A stretch of DNA of 36,171 bases from an uncultured Clostridia bacterium (GTDB lineage Bacteria; Bacillota; Clostridia; Oscillospirales; Oscillospiraceae): the NCBI GenBank assembly GCA_937915065.1, contig CALDMR010000123.1, forward strand, positions 1 through 36,171. Reading direction: 5' to 3'. Numbering within the stretch: position 1 is the stretch's first letter; each line of letters starts with the position of its first letter. The translations under genes and the position numbers were made by a program. This document shows positions 35,629 through 36,171 of this stretch, piece after piece. The notes beneath the pieces were generated by a model that worked only from the letters and a program-made list of their open reading frames with translations, was not told the origin of the DNA and did no database searches.

Positions 35629-36171
35629 ATGGGCTACACGGGAAAACAGAGGGGCGGTAAATGGGCGCTGATTCTGGCGGCGGTATGCGCTGCTGCGGGG
35701 GCTGCCTGCTGTTTTGTGTACACGCCTATGCGCTTTTCGGGCGTTCTGCTGTTTTGCGCGGCGATTTATCTTGCGGTGTGGTTCGCCCTGGGGCGGATGA
35801 ACCGCGGCAGAGTGCGCAGGGTGCTGCGCGCTGTGCTGGCGGCAGTGCTGATCGTCGGACTGATCGTGTTCGCCGTGCTGGAAGCAAGGGTGGTCTCCTA
35901 TGGTCATACCGACAGGGAATCGGATGTGGCTGCGGTGGTGGTTCTGGGCGCCGGCGTCAACGGAACGCGCCCGTCGCTGAGCTTGCAGGCGCGCCTGGCG
36001 GCGGCCCTCGATTATGTGGAGGACAAGCCGGATATTCCCATTGTCGTCACCGGCTCCCAGGGGCCGGGGGAGGAGATTTCCGAGGGGCAGTGCATGGCCC
36101 AATGGTTGGAGGATCACGGCATTGCGTCCGAACGCATCCTGATCGACGAACAAGCCGACAATACGGAGGAA
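35629..36171 (+). CDS. YdcF/DUF218 (SanA/ElyC-like) membrane protein, 3' truncated by window edge
   Basis: Translated by hand from ATG 35629: three TM helices, then VVVLGAGV...LQARL...IVVTGSQG...ISEG...MAQWL...DEQADNTEE; not in the ORF track because no stop is in the window. Confidence 0.85.
   Translation, partial: MGYTGKQRGGKWALILAAVCAAAGAACCFVYTPMRFSGVLLFCAAIYLAVWFALGRMNRGRVRRVLRAVLAAVLIVGLIVFAVLEARVVSYGHTDRESDVAAVVVLGAGVNGTRPSLSLQARLAAALDYVEDKPDIPIVVTGSQGPGEEISEGQCMAQWLEDHGIASERILIDEQADNTEE

Overview
GC-rich chromosomal window from an anaerobic Firmicute, probably Clostridia/Oscillospiraceae-like (inferred from gene content, SLH proteins, sigmaA promoters and SD sequences). About 35 CDSs. 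I saw no rRNA, tRNA, CRISPR array, integrase or transposase. Gene order: partial histidine kinase and htrA; rny-ymdB-SbcD-like phosphoesterase; a minus-strand apbE / NusG-II / Gx-transporter / SpoVK-type AAA operon; small membrane proteins; a secreted GH25 muramidase with SLH domains; a small ferredoxin divergent from a two-gene activase/dehydratase operon resembling anaerobic plasmalogen synthase (plsA-plsR); MATE-asparaginase; an orphan membrane protein behind a LexA-box promoter; Dus; an esterase divergent from an HxxxDG acyltransferase plus a Zn-ribbon membrane protein; AIM24; sugar O-acetyltransferase; tex and a zincin; XRE plus membrane protein; an Ig/SLH protein; ddl-murF-ABC-F-DUF218 (partial). 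Most notable: (1) an apparent in-frame ~16-aa deletion in the RNase Y HD domain, (2) a probably SOS-controlled orphan membrane protein, (3) an acyltransferase/esterase/membrane module of unknown substrate, (4) a ferredoxin next to the putative plasmalogen synthase, (5) an AAA ATPase coupled to a flavinylation operon. All family calls come from motif recognition by eye, not database searches.
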